Positions 25,877-33,872 of a DNA stretch of 35,335 nt are shown here, piece by piece. The notes beneath the pieces are model-generated. The model made no database searches and was not told where the DNA came from. It worked only from the letters and a program-made list of their open reading frames with translations. The stretch comes from Candidatus Bilamarchaeaceae archaeon (GTDB taxonomy: Archaea > Micrarchaeota > Micrarchaeia > Anstonellales > Bilamarchaeaceae): NCBI GenBank assembly GCA_035289085.1, contig DATDYG010000019.1, positions 1-35,335 on the forward strand. Direction: 5' to 3'. Each line of letters begins with the position of its first letter. Within the stretch, counting starts at the first letter, position 1. The position numbers and the translations under genes are program-made.

Positions 25877-26485
25877 ATGTTGATCTGCCCCAAATGCGGT
25901 GCCCCAAGTACCGAAATAGAATTTATCGAGCCCTTTTGTATCCGTTGCTACCCTGTTCATCTCCGCATACCGAGAAATATCACTATCACCCAGTGCAAGG
26001 ATTGTAAAAAGATAAAGCAGGGCGGGGACTGGGTGAAAAGAGAGGACGCAGCGCTGGCGGAAAACATCATCCAAAAATGCAAGGGCGAATTTGAAAGCGC
26101 CAAATACAACGTGGACCGGCAGGAAGCCGTGTTTACGGTCAAGGGAAAGACCATCATCCGTCCCATTCCGTTGGAAGAAGAGGTCATCCTCTGTCCCAAC
26201 TGCTCCCGCCGCCGGGGCGGCTACTACGAAGCCATCCTGCAGTTCCGCGGCCCGGAAAACCGGGTGAAAAAGCACTCCCAAAGGGCTGTCACATGGCTGA
26301 ACAAACACAGCTGGGTGAGCAAAATCGATGAGCACAAGGACGGTATCGATGTATATGTAGGCAGTTTTCAGTCCGCCCAGCAATTCGTCCAACTGCTTGG
26401 CAGAAAACACACCCTCACCAAAAAGCTGGTAGGCCGGCGAAAAGGAAAGCGGATCTATCGGAGCACGTTTGCGATTCGCCTCTAG
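25877..26485 (+). CDS. NMD3 family protein (archaeal homolog of the 60S export adaptor)
   Basis: Paired Cys motifs CPKCG..CIRC, CKDCKK and CPNCSRR are followed by GGYYEAILQFRG, which matches the NMD3 N-terminal domain signature. Confidence 0.7.
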   Translation: MLICPKCGAPSTEIEFIEPFCIRCYPVHLRIPRNITITQCKDCKKIKQGGDWVKREDAALAENIIQKCKGEFESAKYNVDRQEAVFTVKGKTIIRPIPLEEEVILCPNCSRRRGGYYEAILQFRGPENRVKKHSQRAVTWLNKHSWVSKIDEHKDGIDVYVGSFQSAQQFVQLLGRKHTLTKKLVGRRKGKRIYRSTFAIRL

Positions 26486-27471
26486 TGTTTCATCATATCT
26501 CTCCAATCCATTCTCTGTAAAAGATTCAAGCTGTCCGGCACCGCGATCAGGTTCACCAATGTCGTCTTCACCCGTGCCAACAGGACGAATGCAGCCGCGG
26601 CTGCCGGGCTCACCCCAAACAGCGCCATGACGAGCGTTCCTCCGCCCTCGCTCAGGCCGATACCGGCAAGCGTAGGCGATGGCACGAATTCCAGCATGGT
26701 AATCAAAGGCTGGAAGAAATAGTAAAACACCACCTCCGGAAACGGCGAAACATTGATGGTAATACCCAGGCTTTTAGCTACGAAATACCAGGAGATCGCC
26801 TTCATGCTCCAGGTATACGCCAAAATAACGAGAATATCCGGCGTTTTCTTCACTACGACGTGTGCGTGCTGCTGCATCCGTTTCACCAGCGCAACCATCG
26901 ATCCGACCAGCGGCCAGCGGGAAGCGAATTGAAACAGTCGCAGAAACCTTGCGGAAAACAGCGCCAGGAGCATGATCGCAATGAAAACCGTCATCGCCGC
27001 CGTTCCAAGGAAAAGGATGGAGCTGTCCTCTGCATTCAGGAAATGGATTACGATATAATACACGGCCAGCGTTCCTGCCGTCAATTTCAATGCAAAGTCA
27101 AATATCTGCGGCCCCCATATGGAGAGCAGCGCCCGTTCCGAAGGAACGTCATGCTGGTGGTGCAATGTAGCCGCAGCAGCGAAGTATCCCGCCCGTGCAG
27201 GCGTGAAATCCGCCAGCAGCATGCCCACCCAATGGGAGCGGGCAATCGCCGTCCACGAAGCTTTGACGCCGCTCTCCTCCAGCAAAATCCTGATCCGCGT
27301 GATCATGCCCAGGTACATCAAGAGTAAAAAAACAATTGAAATAAAAAGAAAAAACAAATCCAGCGAGGCGAACGCCCCTAGTACTTCCATGATGCCTACA
27401 TAATAGAGAATAGCCGCAATCAGCACAATGGATATGGCTGCATTGATGAGTAGGATGTGGTTCTGCCGCAT
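26482..27471 (-). CDS. UPF0104 / lysylphosphatidylglycerol-synthase-TM-like (flippase-like) membrane protein
   Basis: 329 aa with about 8 TM helices. Size and topology are typical of the family. This is an architecture-level call only. Confidence 0.55.
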   Translation of the reverse strand: MRQNHILLINAAISIVLIAAILYYVGIMEVLGAFASLDLFFLFISIVFLLLMYLGMITRIRILLEESGVKASWTAIARSHWVGMLLADFTPARAGYFAAAATLHHQHDVPSERALLSIWGPQIFDFALKLTAGTLAVYYIVIHFLNAEDSSILFLGTAAMTVFIAIMLLALFSARFLRLFQFASRWPLVGSMVALVKRMQQHAHVVVKKTPDILVILAYTWSMKAISWYFVAKSLGITINVSPFPEVVFYYFFQPLITMLEFVPSPTLAGIGLSEGGGTLVMALFGVSPAAAAAFVLLARVKTTLVNLIAVPDSLNLLQRMDWRDMMKH

Positions 27472-27531
27472 GGAAAAAAGTTAAAAGGAAAGTATTTATT
27501 ATAGCGCACCTAAGAAAAAACGCGGTGCGCT

Positions 27532-27594
27532 TATATCAAACCAACCTGTGCAGAGCAGTATTCAAACTCCGAAAAACTTTATTGGTTTGATATA
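27532..27594. repeat. perfect 13-bp inverted repeat with 37-nt spacer in a long AT-rich spacer
   Basis: TATATCAAACCAA (27532-27544) pairs with TTGGTTTGATATA (27582-27594). The region is flanked by an 8-bp hairpin AGCGCACC/GGTGCGCT (27503-27531). Downstream lie a T6 tract (27647-27652) and a second 8-bp hairpin CTACCTTA/TAAGGTAG (27716-27740). Confidence 0.85.
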
Positions 27595-27778
27595 GCACCA
27601 CTATTGGCAAGCCAAAAACATTCCATTTTAGTCCTTCTCGTAGCTGTTTTTTCTAGATTAAAGAAACTTTAACCCTAGTGAAAATAGTATTAAAGCTACC
27701 CCGTGCATGTTATCGCTACCTTAAAGTTTTTCTAAGGTAGTAGAAACACATATAAAATCAAAAAGCGTAATCTTTCAA

Positions 27779-28312
27779 ATGAACTCGATTTCCGTTCTGC
27801 GTTTAGGCCACCGCTTACCCCGGGATGAAAGGATCACCACCCATGTAGCGCTGGTAGCCCGTGCCTTCGGTGCACAGGAAATCATCTACACCGGCCAGCA
27901 TGACGGCAGTTTAGAAAAAAGCGTTTCCGGCATTGTGCAGAACTGGGGAGGAACATTCTCCATCCAATACGAAAAAAATGCGATCGCAGCGATAAAAACT
28001 TTTAAAAAAAATAATTTCGCTATCGTCCATCTCACCATGTACGGCATTCCCCTACCCGAGAAAATCCAGCCGGTCCAATCCCGGAAAAACCTGCTCATTA
28101 TCGTAGGCGGCGAGCAGGTGCCCAGAGAAGTTTACGAGCTGGCCGATTACAATATTGCCGTTACTTCCCAGCCGCATAGCGAAGTGGCCGCATTGGCAGT
28201 ATTCCTCAACCAACTACGGCAAACCAAACCGCTACAACGCGAATGGGACGAACAATTCAAAGGAAAAACAAAAATCGAGCCCAGCGAAAAAGGGAAGAAA
28301 CTGAACTCATGA
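27779..28312 (+). CDS. trm56: tRNA (cytidine56-2'-O)-methyltransferase aTrm56
   Basis: VLRLGHRLPRDERITTHVALVARAFGA, HLTMYG and IVGGEQVPREVYELADYNIAVTSQPHSEVAALAVFLN match archaeal Trm56 (SPOUT family) closely, judged from memory of Pyrococcus Trm56. Confidence 0.88.
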   Translation: MNSISVLRLGHRLPRDERITTHVALVARAFGAQEIIYTGQHDGSLEKSVSGIVQNWGGTFSIQYEKNAIAAIKTFKKNNFAIVHLTMYGIPLPEKIQPVQSRKNLLIIVGGEQVPREVYELADYNIAVTSQPHSEVAALAVFLNQLRQTKPLQREWDEQFKGKTKIEPSEKGKKLNS

Positions 28313-28501
28313 TTTTGACTTTAACCAGTCCTTATTTATCGAAGAATAAACCGATTTCAGCAGTTTTGCCTGCTTTTTCGACCAAACCCTATTGGGCTGG
28401 CTTTTTATGATACCGGCTATCCGGTCTATAAACCGTAACGAGGCCCGTATATCCTTTTTTCGTTCCCGTTTCATTTTTCCCAGGTCAAGCAAATGAACCA
28501 C
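28307..28501 (-). CDS. small basic hypothetical protein (64 aa), possible partner of the upstream nucleotidyltransferase-fold gene
   Basis: The ORF overlaps the 3' end of 28485-29108 by 17 nt, and an alternative Met at 28474 avoids that overlap. It overlaps the convergent trm56 stop by 6 nt. No family was recognised. Confidence 0.3.
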   Translation of the reverse strand: MVHLLDLGKMKRERKKDIRASLRFIDRIAGIIKSQPNRVWSKKQAKLLKSVYSSINKDWLKSKS

Positions 28502-29108
28502 CGAGGTTATGCAATTTACTGGAAACTTTTAATTTCTTTGCAAAATGAACAATCTTCCTTTGGTCCAAATGCTCCTTAAATATGTCAAAAAGATATCGTG
28601 CATCCTCCCAATCCTTTTTGGATCCCAGGTACAGTTTATACGCTACCTGAAGTTCCAAAGGAGAAATGTTTATTTTGTGCTTTTTATTGATCGTTACCTC
28701 CACGGGATGGCTAAGCGATAAGAACCCAAGCGCATCTCTGGGTTTTTTTACCTCCATGTTGGGCGAAATCTCATTTTTTCTGGCCACGCGGAACGGATCA
28801 TTATGCTGAAAAAGAAGTTTAAGCGTATCCCAGGATCCCGCGTTAATAATCCAATGATCCTTCTGCAGTTCTTTGTATAATGCAAACAGTTTTTTTTCGT
28901 CTATTTCCTCTATAAAAATATCCACATCCTCTGTAATCCTGGGACGACCGAAAAGCAGGACAACATATCCGGACATTAAAACATATCTTATTCCTACTTT
29001 ACCCAGGATGGCGGTAAAACCCAGGACAAACTCATCCAGTACGTTCAGTTCCTTGTCCAGGCGAATCTTCCCTTCCCCATACCCGTATTCCATGCCCCTA
29101 TTAAGCAA
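28485..29108 (-). CDS. nucleotidyltransferase-fold protein (minimal NTase-like)
   Basis: YVLMSGYVVLLFGRPRITEDVDIFI fits the G[SG]-x(n)-[DE]xD polymerase-beta-type NTase core. The gene is AT-rich like the AbiE island. Confidence 0.6.
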   Translation of the reverse strand: MLNRGMEYGYGEGKIRLDKELNVLDEFVLGFTAILGKVGIRYVLMSGYVVLLFGRPRITEDVDIFIEEIDEKKLFALYKELQKDHWIINAGSWDTLKLLFQHNDPFRVARKNEISPNMEVKKPRDALGFLSLSHPVEVTINKKHKINISPLELQVAYKLYLGSKKDWEDARYLFDIFKEHLDQRKIVHFAKKLKVSSKLHNLGGSFA

Positions 29109-29138
29109 TGAAGCGTTAAAATGCCTTTTCCTGTGGCA

Positions 29139-30191
29139 TCAGTCTTTTTTTGCATCTTTTCTTGAAAAATCCCCAAAAATTTCCAGTCCTGGGGCGGTTC
29201 CTATGCTTGGCAGTGCCTCCAGCGGCATGTCGATAAATAGTTCCCCATCCCCGAATCCATACTCCTCCTCAAAGGCCCTCCGGGCTTCCAGCGCTGCCGT
29301 GAATTCCCCGAATGTTTCCAGTCCTTCCACCGGGCTTACGGAAGGCAGCGGCCGTCTTCTTTGCCGCATAAGCTGCTCTATCTCTGCCGTTATCTGTTTC
29401 GCCAGTCCCTGTCTTTCCTCTCCGCTTAATTCACGGCTCGTTATGCTTAGCCTCCCATCTGCCATCAGCTTAACCGGACTGTAGTAATCCCGAAGACTGG
29501 TAGCTCTGCGATACCTGTCCGGTGCTACAATGGCTAAAAAATTCCTGCCATTAAGGAAATCGGATAACGTCCCCTCATTGTACATCCTAAGGAATTCCTC
29601 TGCCGTATGCACCTCTCCATCAAATTGGAAGGCCCTATTCGTGGTGACGTGCAGGTGGGGGGTTTTCCCTGCCTGTGTATTCCCGCTGATCGCAACGATC
29701 GGTAGGGGCTTACCGGGTTCTGCCCTTATCTCCCTTCCGATGTGCCTTTCGTTCAGCAAGCCCAATGTTGCCCCGGAAAGATGGGCAAAGAGCATGAAAT
29801 ACGGCTTTTCCGGATCCGGCACAAAAAACACCACCCCATTGCCGATGCTTTGGCCGGCATGGCTGTCCTTTTTGCAAACCCCTATCAGAACGACCGTTGG
29901 GGCCGGCAGAAGAACCGGTGTGCCTATGCGCACCACCAGGTCCACACCTGCATGCCGTTTGCTTCCGTGGTTTCTCGATGCGCCGAAATACCGCGTTCCT
30001 GTTCTTTCGATAACCTGGCGAATGGCATGTTTAAACGGATCGGTTCTATGTCTTTCGGGTGCAGAGAAAGTTGGATGAGCGGGTTCCGCATGCACCGGCC
30101 CTTCGCCAAGTACCAGTCCGGATAGTGCAACCGCTGCTGCGCGAACGGTGCCCATGGCTGGCGTGAATGCTCGTGTATGTAGTCTTCGCAT
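29139..30191 (-). CDS. secreted M23 (LytM/lysostaphin-type) metallopeptidase with a C-terminal extension carrying two GLE[TI]FG[ED]F motifs
   Basis: Signal-peptide-like MGTVRAAAVALSGLVLGEGPVHA. M23 zinc ligand motifs are HAGVD (HxxxD, residues 80-84), FAHLSG and TPHLHV (HxH, residues 179-181). The motif copies lie at 29301-29324 and 29166-29189. Confidence 0.75.
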   Translation of the reverse strand: MRRLHTRAFTPAMGTVRAAAVALSGLVLGEGPVHAEPAHPTFSAPERHRTDPFKHAIRQVIERTGTRYFGASRNHGSKRHAGVDLVVRIGTPVLLPAPTVVLIGVCKKDSHAGQSIGNGVVFFVPDPEKPYFMLFAHLSGATLGLLNERHIGREIRAEPGKPLPIVAISGNTQAGKTPHLHVTTNRAFQFDGEVHTAEEFLRMYNEGTLSDFLNGRNFLAIVAPDRYRRATSLRDYYSPVKLMADGRLSITSRELSGEERQGLAKQITAEIEQLMRQRRRPLPSVSPVEGLETFGEFTAALEARRAFEEEYGFGDGELFIDMPLEALPSIGTAPGLEIFGDFSRKDAKKD

Positions 30192-30210
30192 TATCTATCC
30201 CACATATCAC

Positions 30211-30220
30211 TATAAATAAA
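30211..30220 (-). promoter_or_regulatory. TATA box for the M23 peptidase gene
   Basis: The minus-strand sequence TTTATTTATA lies 20-29 nt upstream of the start at 30191. A second TTTAAATAAG lies just upstream at about 30224-30233. Confidence 0.55.
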
Positions 30221-30271
30221 AACTTATTTAAAGATGCGGTATTCTATACCCCTGCTCAAACCCGCCAAAAA

Positions 30272-32449
30272 TTATGCTCCTGCTTCCCCCGTCTTTCGGG
30301 GTTTGATCCCGGCCAGCCGGTCCTTTCTTTTAACCGGAACAGCGGATTCCGGGCCCCATTCGGTATAGGGCTTTGCCTTGCGCGGGTTTCTTAAGGTTCC
30401 TTCGGTGATTTTAAGGTCGTGGTCAGCAAGGTATTCGGCATTTTGCAGGACAGTATCAATCGGCGTACGTGTTCCCTCACCTATTCTGAGGCGAAGGATA
30501 GGGATAGCTACGCCGGGACTATACAAAGCATTCATAATTTCCTTGGCCACTTCTCCTAACCTATATCCTGCAGCGGATTCCGCAACTATCGTCATTGTCC
30601 TGACAAACTTGGCCAGGTCTTCGTCTGTTCGAAGTATCCCCCGATCAAAACCATCCCTGAAAAGGCTTGCCAAAACCTCTTCGGGCTGCTGCAATCCTCC
30701 CTGGGCTGTTGCCGCTATCAACCTAAACACCAACGCCTGGCGGACTGGGCTGTTTCTATAATCGCTTCTATGCTTGACCTTATGTTCAGCAGCCCCGTAA
30801 AGCGGTCTTTCAATATCAAAAACCTCGCCTGATGTTACCCGCCCAAAAAGGTTTATCCCTGGTCCACGTTGCAACTTATCTCCTAACGCTCCTATGGCTG
30901 CCGCATACTCAAGCATAGAATAAGAATCATGTAACAGTCCCGAGCTTATAGCCTTGGAAAGCATCCTTTCCACCAATATGAATTCACCCGGATCTAAATT
31001 GTCAGAGAGCCAACTAACGAAACCGATAGCAAGCGTGTTAAATACTTCCACCCCTGCTCTGGATGCACCTGCAATTACCGGGGTGATAAGGAAATCATCC
31101 ACAGCCTTTCTCTCCGGCGATTTAGTCCGTCCTGCCAAGTATCCGTATGCAACCGCTTCCTGGTTCAAGATTCTTGCGCTGAGGGCACCTTCCTGTGCCT
31201 TACTTGTAGTTTCTGCAAAACTTTTCAATACCCTTTTCGTTAACTCGACCGCAAAGTCCGGGCTGCGGGGCGGCTTAAGCTGGAACGCCTCCAGAAAAGA
31301 GTAATGGAAGGTGGATAAGATAAGAATCTTCTCCAAGTATGTTGTTTCTATCCCCATATTTTGCAGGTTTCGTAGATTCCTGTCTACTTTTTCTACCAAT
31401 CTCTCTCCACCTGGAACTGAAAGCCTTTCTGCCTCTGTTGATGGCCTCTGCCATATATCCTTTAACGCCTGCAGCATTTCCACGTAAATCTTGCTTTGCA
31501 TCTTTTTTGATTTTGCTGCAGCATAAAAGGCATCTATAAACGCCTGCGGGTACTGTTCCTCTATCTGACGTAATTTATCCAGAACGGTTAACAAAAGCAG
31601 GCGTTCCCGCTCTGTCAACAGGTTGTTCTTCGGATCCAGCAGCTCCTTTAGCTTTTCTTCCGTGCTTTTGGACAGGCGCATATCCCTGCCTTTCAAAACA
31701 CTGGGAATGAGTTCTGCTGTAGTCGTCATATAGGCCGCTCTTTCCGCCGGCGTCGTGTCCAGCCATTTGGCCTTTAAGTATAATACCGCATCCTCCAGCT
31801 TTCCTGTTTTACTATGGGTAGCCAGGATCTCTGCAAAAATGGCCTTCAGCAGCTTGGTATCCGGCTCGGGCCTTGCCACCCCTCCAACCTCGTCCTTTGA
31901 TGCGGCTTTTATAAGCTCTGCAAATGCCGTTCGCGCATCCGGCGAGGCATCGCGTCCGTCCAGGGCTTTCTTTACCTCTTCCAGCTGCCTGTTCATCTCG
32001 GCTGGCGTTCCGCCGGCCTGGACGATCTTCTGGTATTCTATTATCGTCTTCATGAATTTTACTACTGCCTCTTCACCATGCTCTGTCATCAGCATGAAGG
32101 TGCCAAACAGGAACAGGTCCTTCTGCTTCGGGGTTAGTGTTATCAAAAAACTCCTGAGTGCTGCACTGGCTTCCTCCGAAGCCCCGCTGTGCTTTAAAAC
32201 GTCAAAAATAATGTCCTCCACCGGCTTCCTTAAATCGACAATACTGTGCCGCACAAGTACAACATACATCCTGTCCAGTTCCTTCATTATCTTCGGCCAG
32301 GACAAATCGCCTTTGGCGATGGTCGGTTCCATGGCATCTTCTATTTGTGTAGGGGTAGCGTGTGTTGGCATACTACTATAATTCGGAGCAGTATTTATTA
32401 ATCTTTGCGGTTGCTTTGCATGGGATAAAGAGGATATGAGTGGTGCCAT
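30272..32449 (-). CDS. large orphan protein (725 aa), mostly helical, basic C-terminal tail; N-terminus uncertain
   Basis: Long ORF with coding-strand composition matching its neighbours. No strong SD or TATA precedes the ATG at 32449. The 81 nt upstream are open in frame and encode a signal-peptide-like RSRHPSALLALTLG. The C-terminus RNPRKAKP..VKRKDRLAGIKPRK is basic. Confidence 0.6.
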   Translation of the reverse strand: MAPLISSLSHAKQPQRLINTAPNYSSMPTHATPTQIEDAMEPTIAKGDLSWPKIMKELDRMYVVLVRHSIVDLRKPVEDIIFDVLKHSGASEEASAALRSFLITLTPKQKDLFLFGTFMLMTEHGEEAVVKFMKTIIEYQKIVQAGGTPAEMNRQLEEVKKALDGRDASPDARTAFAELIKAASKDEVGGVARPEPDTKLLKAIFAEILATHSKTGKLEDAVLYLKAKWLDTTPAERAAYMTTTAELIPSVLKGRDMRLSKSTEEKLKELLDPKNNLLTERERLLLLTVLDKLRQIEEQYPQAFIDAFYAAAKSKKMQSKIYVEMLQALKDIWQRPSTEAERLSVPGGERLVEKVDRNLRNLQNMGIETTYLEKILILSTFHYSFLEAFQLKPPRSPDFAVELTKRVLKSFAETTSKAQEGALSARILNQEAVAYGYLAGRTKSPERKAVDDFLITPVIAGASRAGVEVFNTLAIGFVSWLSDNLDPGEFILVERMLSKAISSGLLHDSYSMLEYAAAIGALGDKLQRGPGINLFGRVTSGEVFDIERPLYGAAEHKVKHRSDYRNSPVRQALVFRLIAATAQGGLQQPEEVLASLFRDGFDRGILRTDEDLAKFVRTMTIVAESAAGYRLGEVAKEIMNALYSPGVAIPILRLRIGEGTRTPIDTVLQNAEYLADHDLKITEGTLRNPRKAKPYTEWGPESAVPVKRKDRLAGIKPRKTGEAGA

Positions 32450-32530
32450 TCCTAACGTCAGAGCCAGCAGTGCGGATGGATGTCTGGACCTGCTGTCCTT
32501 GGGTTTACCGGTAACTATTTTTCCCCATCT

Positions 32531-32677
32531 TTAAATATTTGCCACAAGACTGCTTTTCGACCTGGACTGGATGAACTCCCCGAACGTCTCGAGCCCTGCC
32601 GCTTTGATTTTCGCCAAAAAAGGATTCTTTCTCTTTTTCGATACGGTTTTTGCCTTCTTCTTGGATGGTTTTGCCAT
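32531..32677 (-). CDS. unannotated small ORF (48 aa): basic N-terminus plus GLETFGEF motif
   Basis: My translation is MAKPSKKKAKTVSKKRKNPFLAKIKAAGLETFGEFIQSRSKSSLVANI. AGGTGAGG SD lies 3 nt upstream of the ATG and overlaps the upstream TGA. The ORF carries the same 8-aa motif as two neighbouring proteins and is too short for the supplied ORF track. Confidence 0.5.
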   Translation of the reverse strand: MAKPSKKKAKTVSKKRKNPFLAKIKAAGLETFGEFIQSRSKSSLVANI

Positions 32678-32682
32678 GGACC

Positions 32683-33834
32683 TCACCTTTTTTTCCTTTT
32701 CGCCGGTTTCTCTTCCCCCCCTTCTCTCCTTCTTCTTGAAAATTCACCCAGCGTTTCTACGCCCGGAACGGTTGGCGGAAGCTCGACTCTGGGCAGTTCG
32801 GCTTCTCCCGCTTCCCCTGCCGCTGCCGCCTCTGCCGGCTTCCCTGCATCCTCCAGATCCCTCAAAAACCCTGCTTTCTTCTCGTTTTCCCAGCTGCCTC
32901 TCTGTATGATGTTGTAGATCGCCAGCACGGTCGCCATCTTCTCATCCAATACGCCGTCCATGGTAAAGCCGGTCACGGTCCTGAATCCTTCCCTTTCTTC
33001 CATCACCGGCTTTCCCTCCTCGAGCCTGATCATGCCGGTTTCCTGCAACGCATTCAGAAAGGCGCGCGCCTTGTCGGAGTCCTTCTGCGCATAGTAACTC
33101 AGGAATACCTCCAACTGCGTTACCATATGGTTGAAACTGTCGTCGTATCTGCCGTTCGGTCGTACGCCCATCCCTCCGCCGGCTGTTTTCACAAACTGCT
33201 TGAACTCTTCATCTCCCTGCAACAACTTCAGGTAGAGCCGTTGGACCGTTTCCACCCGTCCCTGCTCCAGTTTCCTCCGTGCATTTTGCTGGGTATATTC
33301 TCCCCCGATATCCTGCCGCTGGCCTTCGGGGCCCACCAGACCCATGGTGATCAGCGCTTCCGCCGGTTTGGGCCCGCCCTGGAAAAACAAATGCGCCATC
33401 TGTTCCGGATTCTCCATCCGTGCGCCCGGCACGTACAGCCGTTCCAGCCGTGCAGTGAGCGTTTTCCGTTGTTTTGCCAGTTCCCTCCATACAGCAACCG
33501 CACCTCTTTGATCAAACCTTGCTTTTAACCGATCATCAAAAATCGCATTAAACTGCGTCGTTAATCGCGGCCCCAGCGCCTCCTTCATCCCATCCCTGAA
33601 CTTTTCATCGCGCAGGTTGTCCACTGTAAATAACCGTATAAATGACCTTCGGTCTCCTCTTCCGGTTTCAATGAATCTCCGCAGTTCTTCGCCTGCCTTC
33701 CTGCCTTCCTCTTCCAGCGATTGTGCTTGGGCCTGTGCTGCCATCATCATATGTTCCCCGAATGGTTTTTTAAAGCTAAATGCGCTCACCGCAACTACGC
33801 CGCTTAGCGCTAAGCGCAAAACCCTTCTCCCCAT
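32683..33834 (-). CDS. secreted orphan protein (383 aa) ending in GVETLGEF plus an Arg/Lys tail
   Basis: Signal-peptide-like MGRRVLRLALSGVVAVSAFSF. The C-terminus reads PGVETLGEFSRRRREGGEEKPAKRKKR, with the motif at 32740-32763. A TATA-like AATTTATTC/TTTAAAG lies in the 38-nt upstream gap. Confidence 0.6.
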   Translation of the reverse strand: MGRRVLRLALSGVVAVSAFSFKKPFGEHMMMAAQAQAQSLEEEGRKAGEELRRFIETGRGDRRSFIRLFTVDNLRDEKFRDGMKEALGPRLTTQFNAIFDDRLKARFDQRGAVAVWRELAKQRKTLTARLERLYVPGARMENPEQMAHLFFQGGPKPAEALITMGLVGPEGQRQDIGGEYTQQNARRKLEQGRVETVQRLYLKLLQGDEEFKQFVKTAGGGMGVRPNGRYDDSFNHMVTQLEVFLSYYAQKDSDKARAFLNALQETGMIRLEEGKPVMEEREGFRTVTGFTMDGVLDEKMATVLAIYNIIQRGSWENEKKAGFLRDLEDAGKPAEAAAAGEAGEAELPRVELPPTVPGVETLGEFSRRRREGGEEKPAKRKKR

Positions 33835-33872
33835 ATATTCATTATGACTTTAAATGAATAAATTCTTTTACA

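Noticed and set aside
25688-26506. 272-aa minus-strand ORF opposite the NMD3-like gene
   Set aside because: The plus-strand product carries the paired CxxC motifs and the YYEAILQFRG signature of NMD3. The minus-strand ORF would also overlap the DUF2070-like gene's 5' end.
27472-27778. Replication origin or tRNA in the long AT-rich spacer
   Set aside because: There are no ORB-like G-rich repeats, no adjacent orc1/cdc6 gene, and no cloverleaf or GTTCGAAT-type T-arm.
28873-32381. Plus-strand ORFs 28873-29484, 29530-30078, 29742-30125 and 31755-32381
   Set aside because: They are Ser/Pro/Leu-rich shadow ORFs antisense to the NTase, M23 and 725-aa genes, and none has promoter or SD context.
32505-32747. 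80-aa minus-strand ORF from the supplied track (K/E/G-rich)
   Set aside because: It overlaps the 3' end of the 383-aa gene by 65 nt and lacks an SD. The alternative 48-aa frame (32531-32677) has an AGGTGAGG SD and carries the conserved GLETFGEF motif.
29166-32763. Interpreting the GLETFGEF motif as a PGF-CTERM/archaeosortase signal or as a PCNA-interacting PIP box
   Set aside because: PGF-CTERM requires a hydrophobic TM helix after the motif, and here charged residues follow. A PIP box needs Qxx[ILM]xx[FY][FY], whereas these copies lack the Gln and the paired aromatics (L-E-T-F-G). Neither assignment is supported, though a degenerate PIP-like role cannot be excluded without testing.
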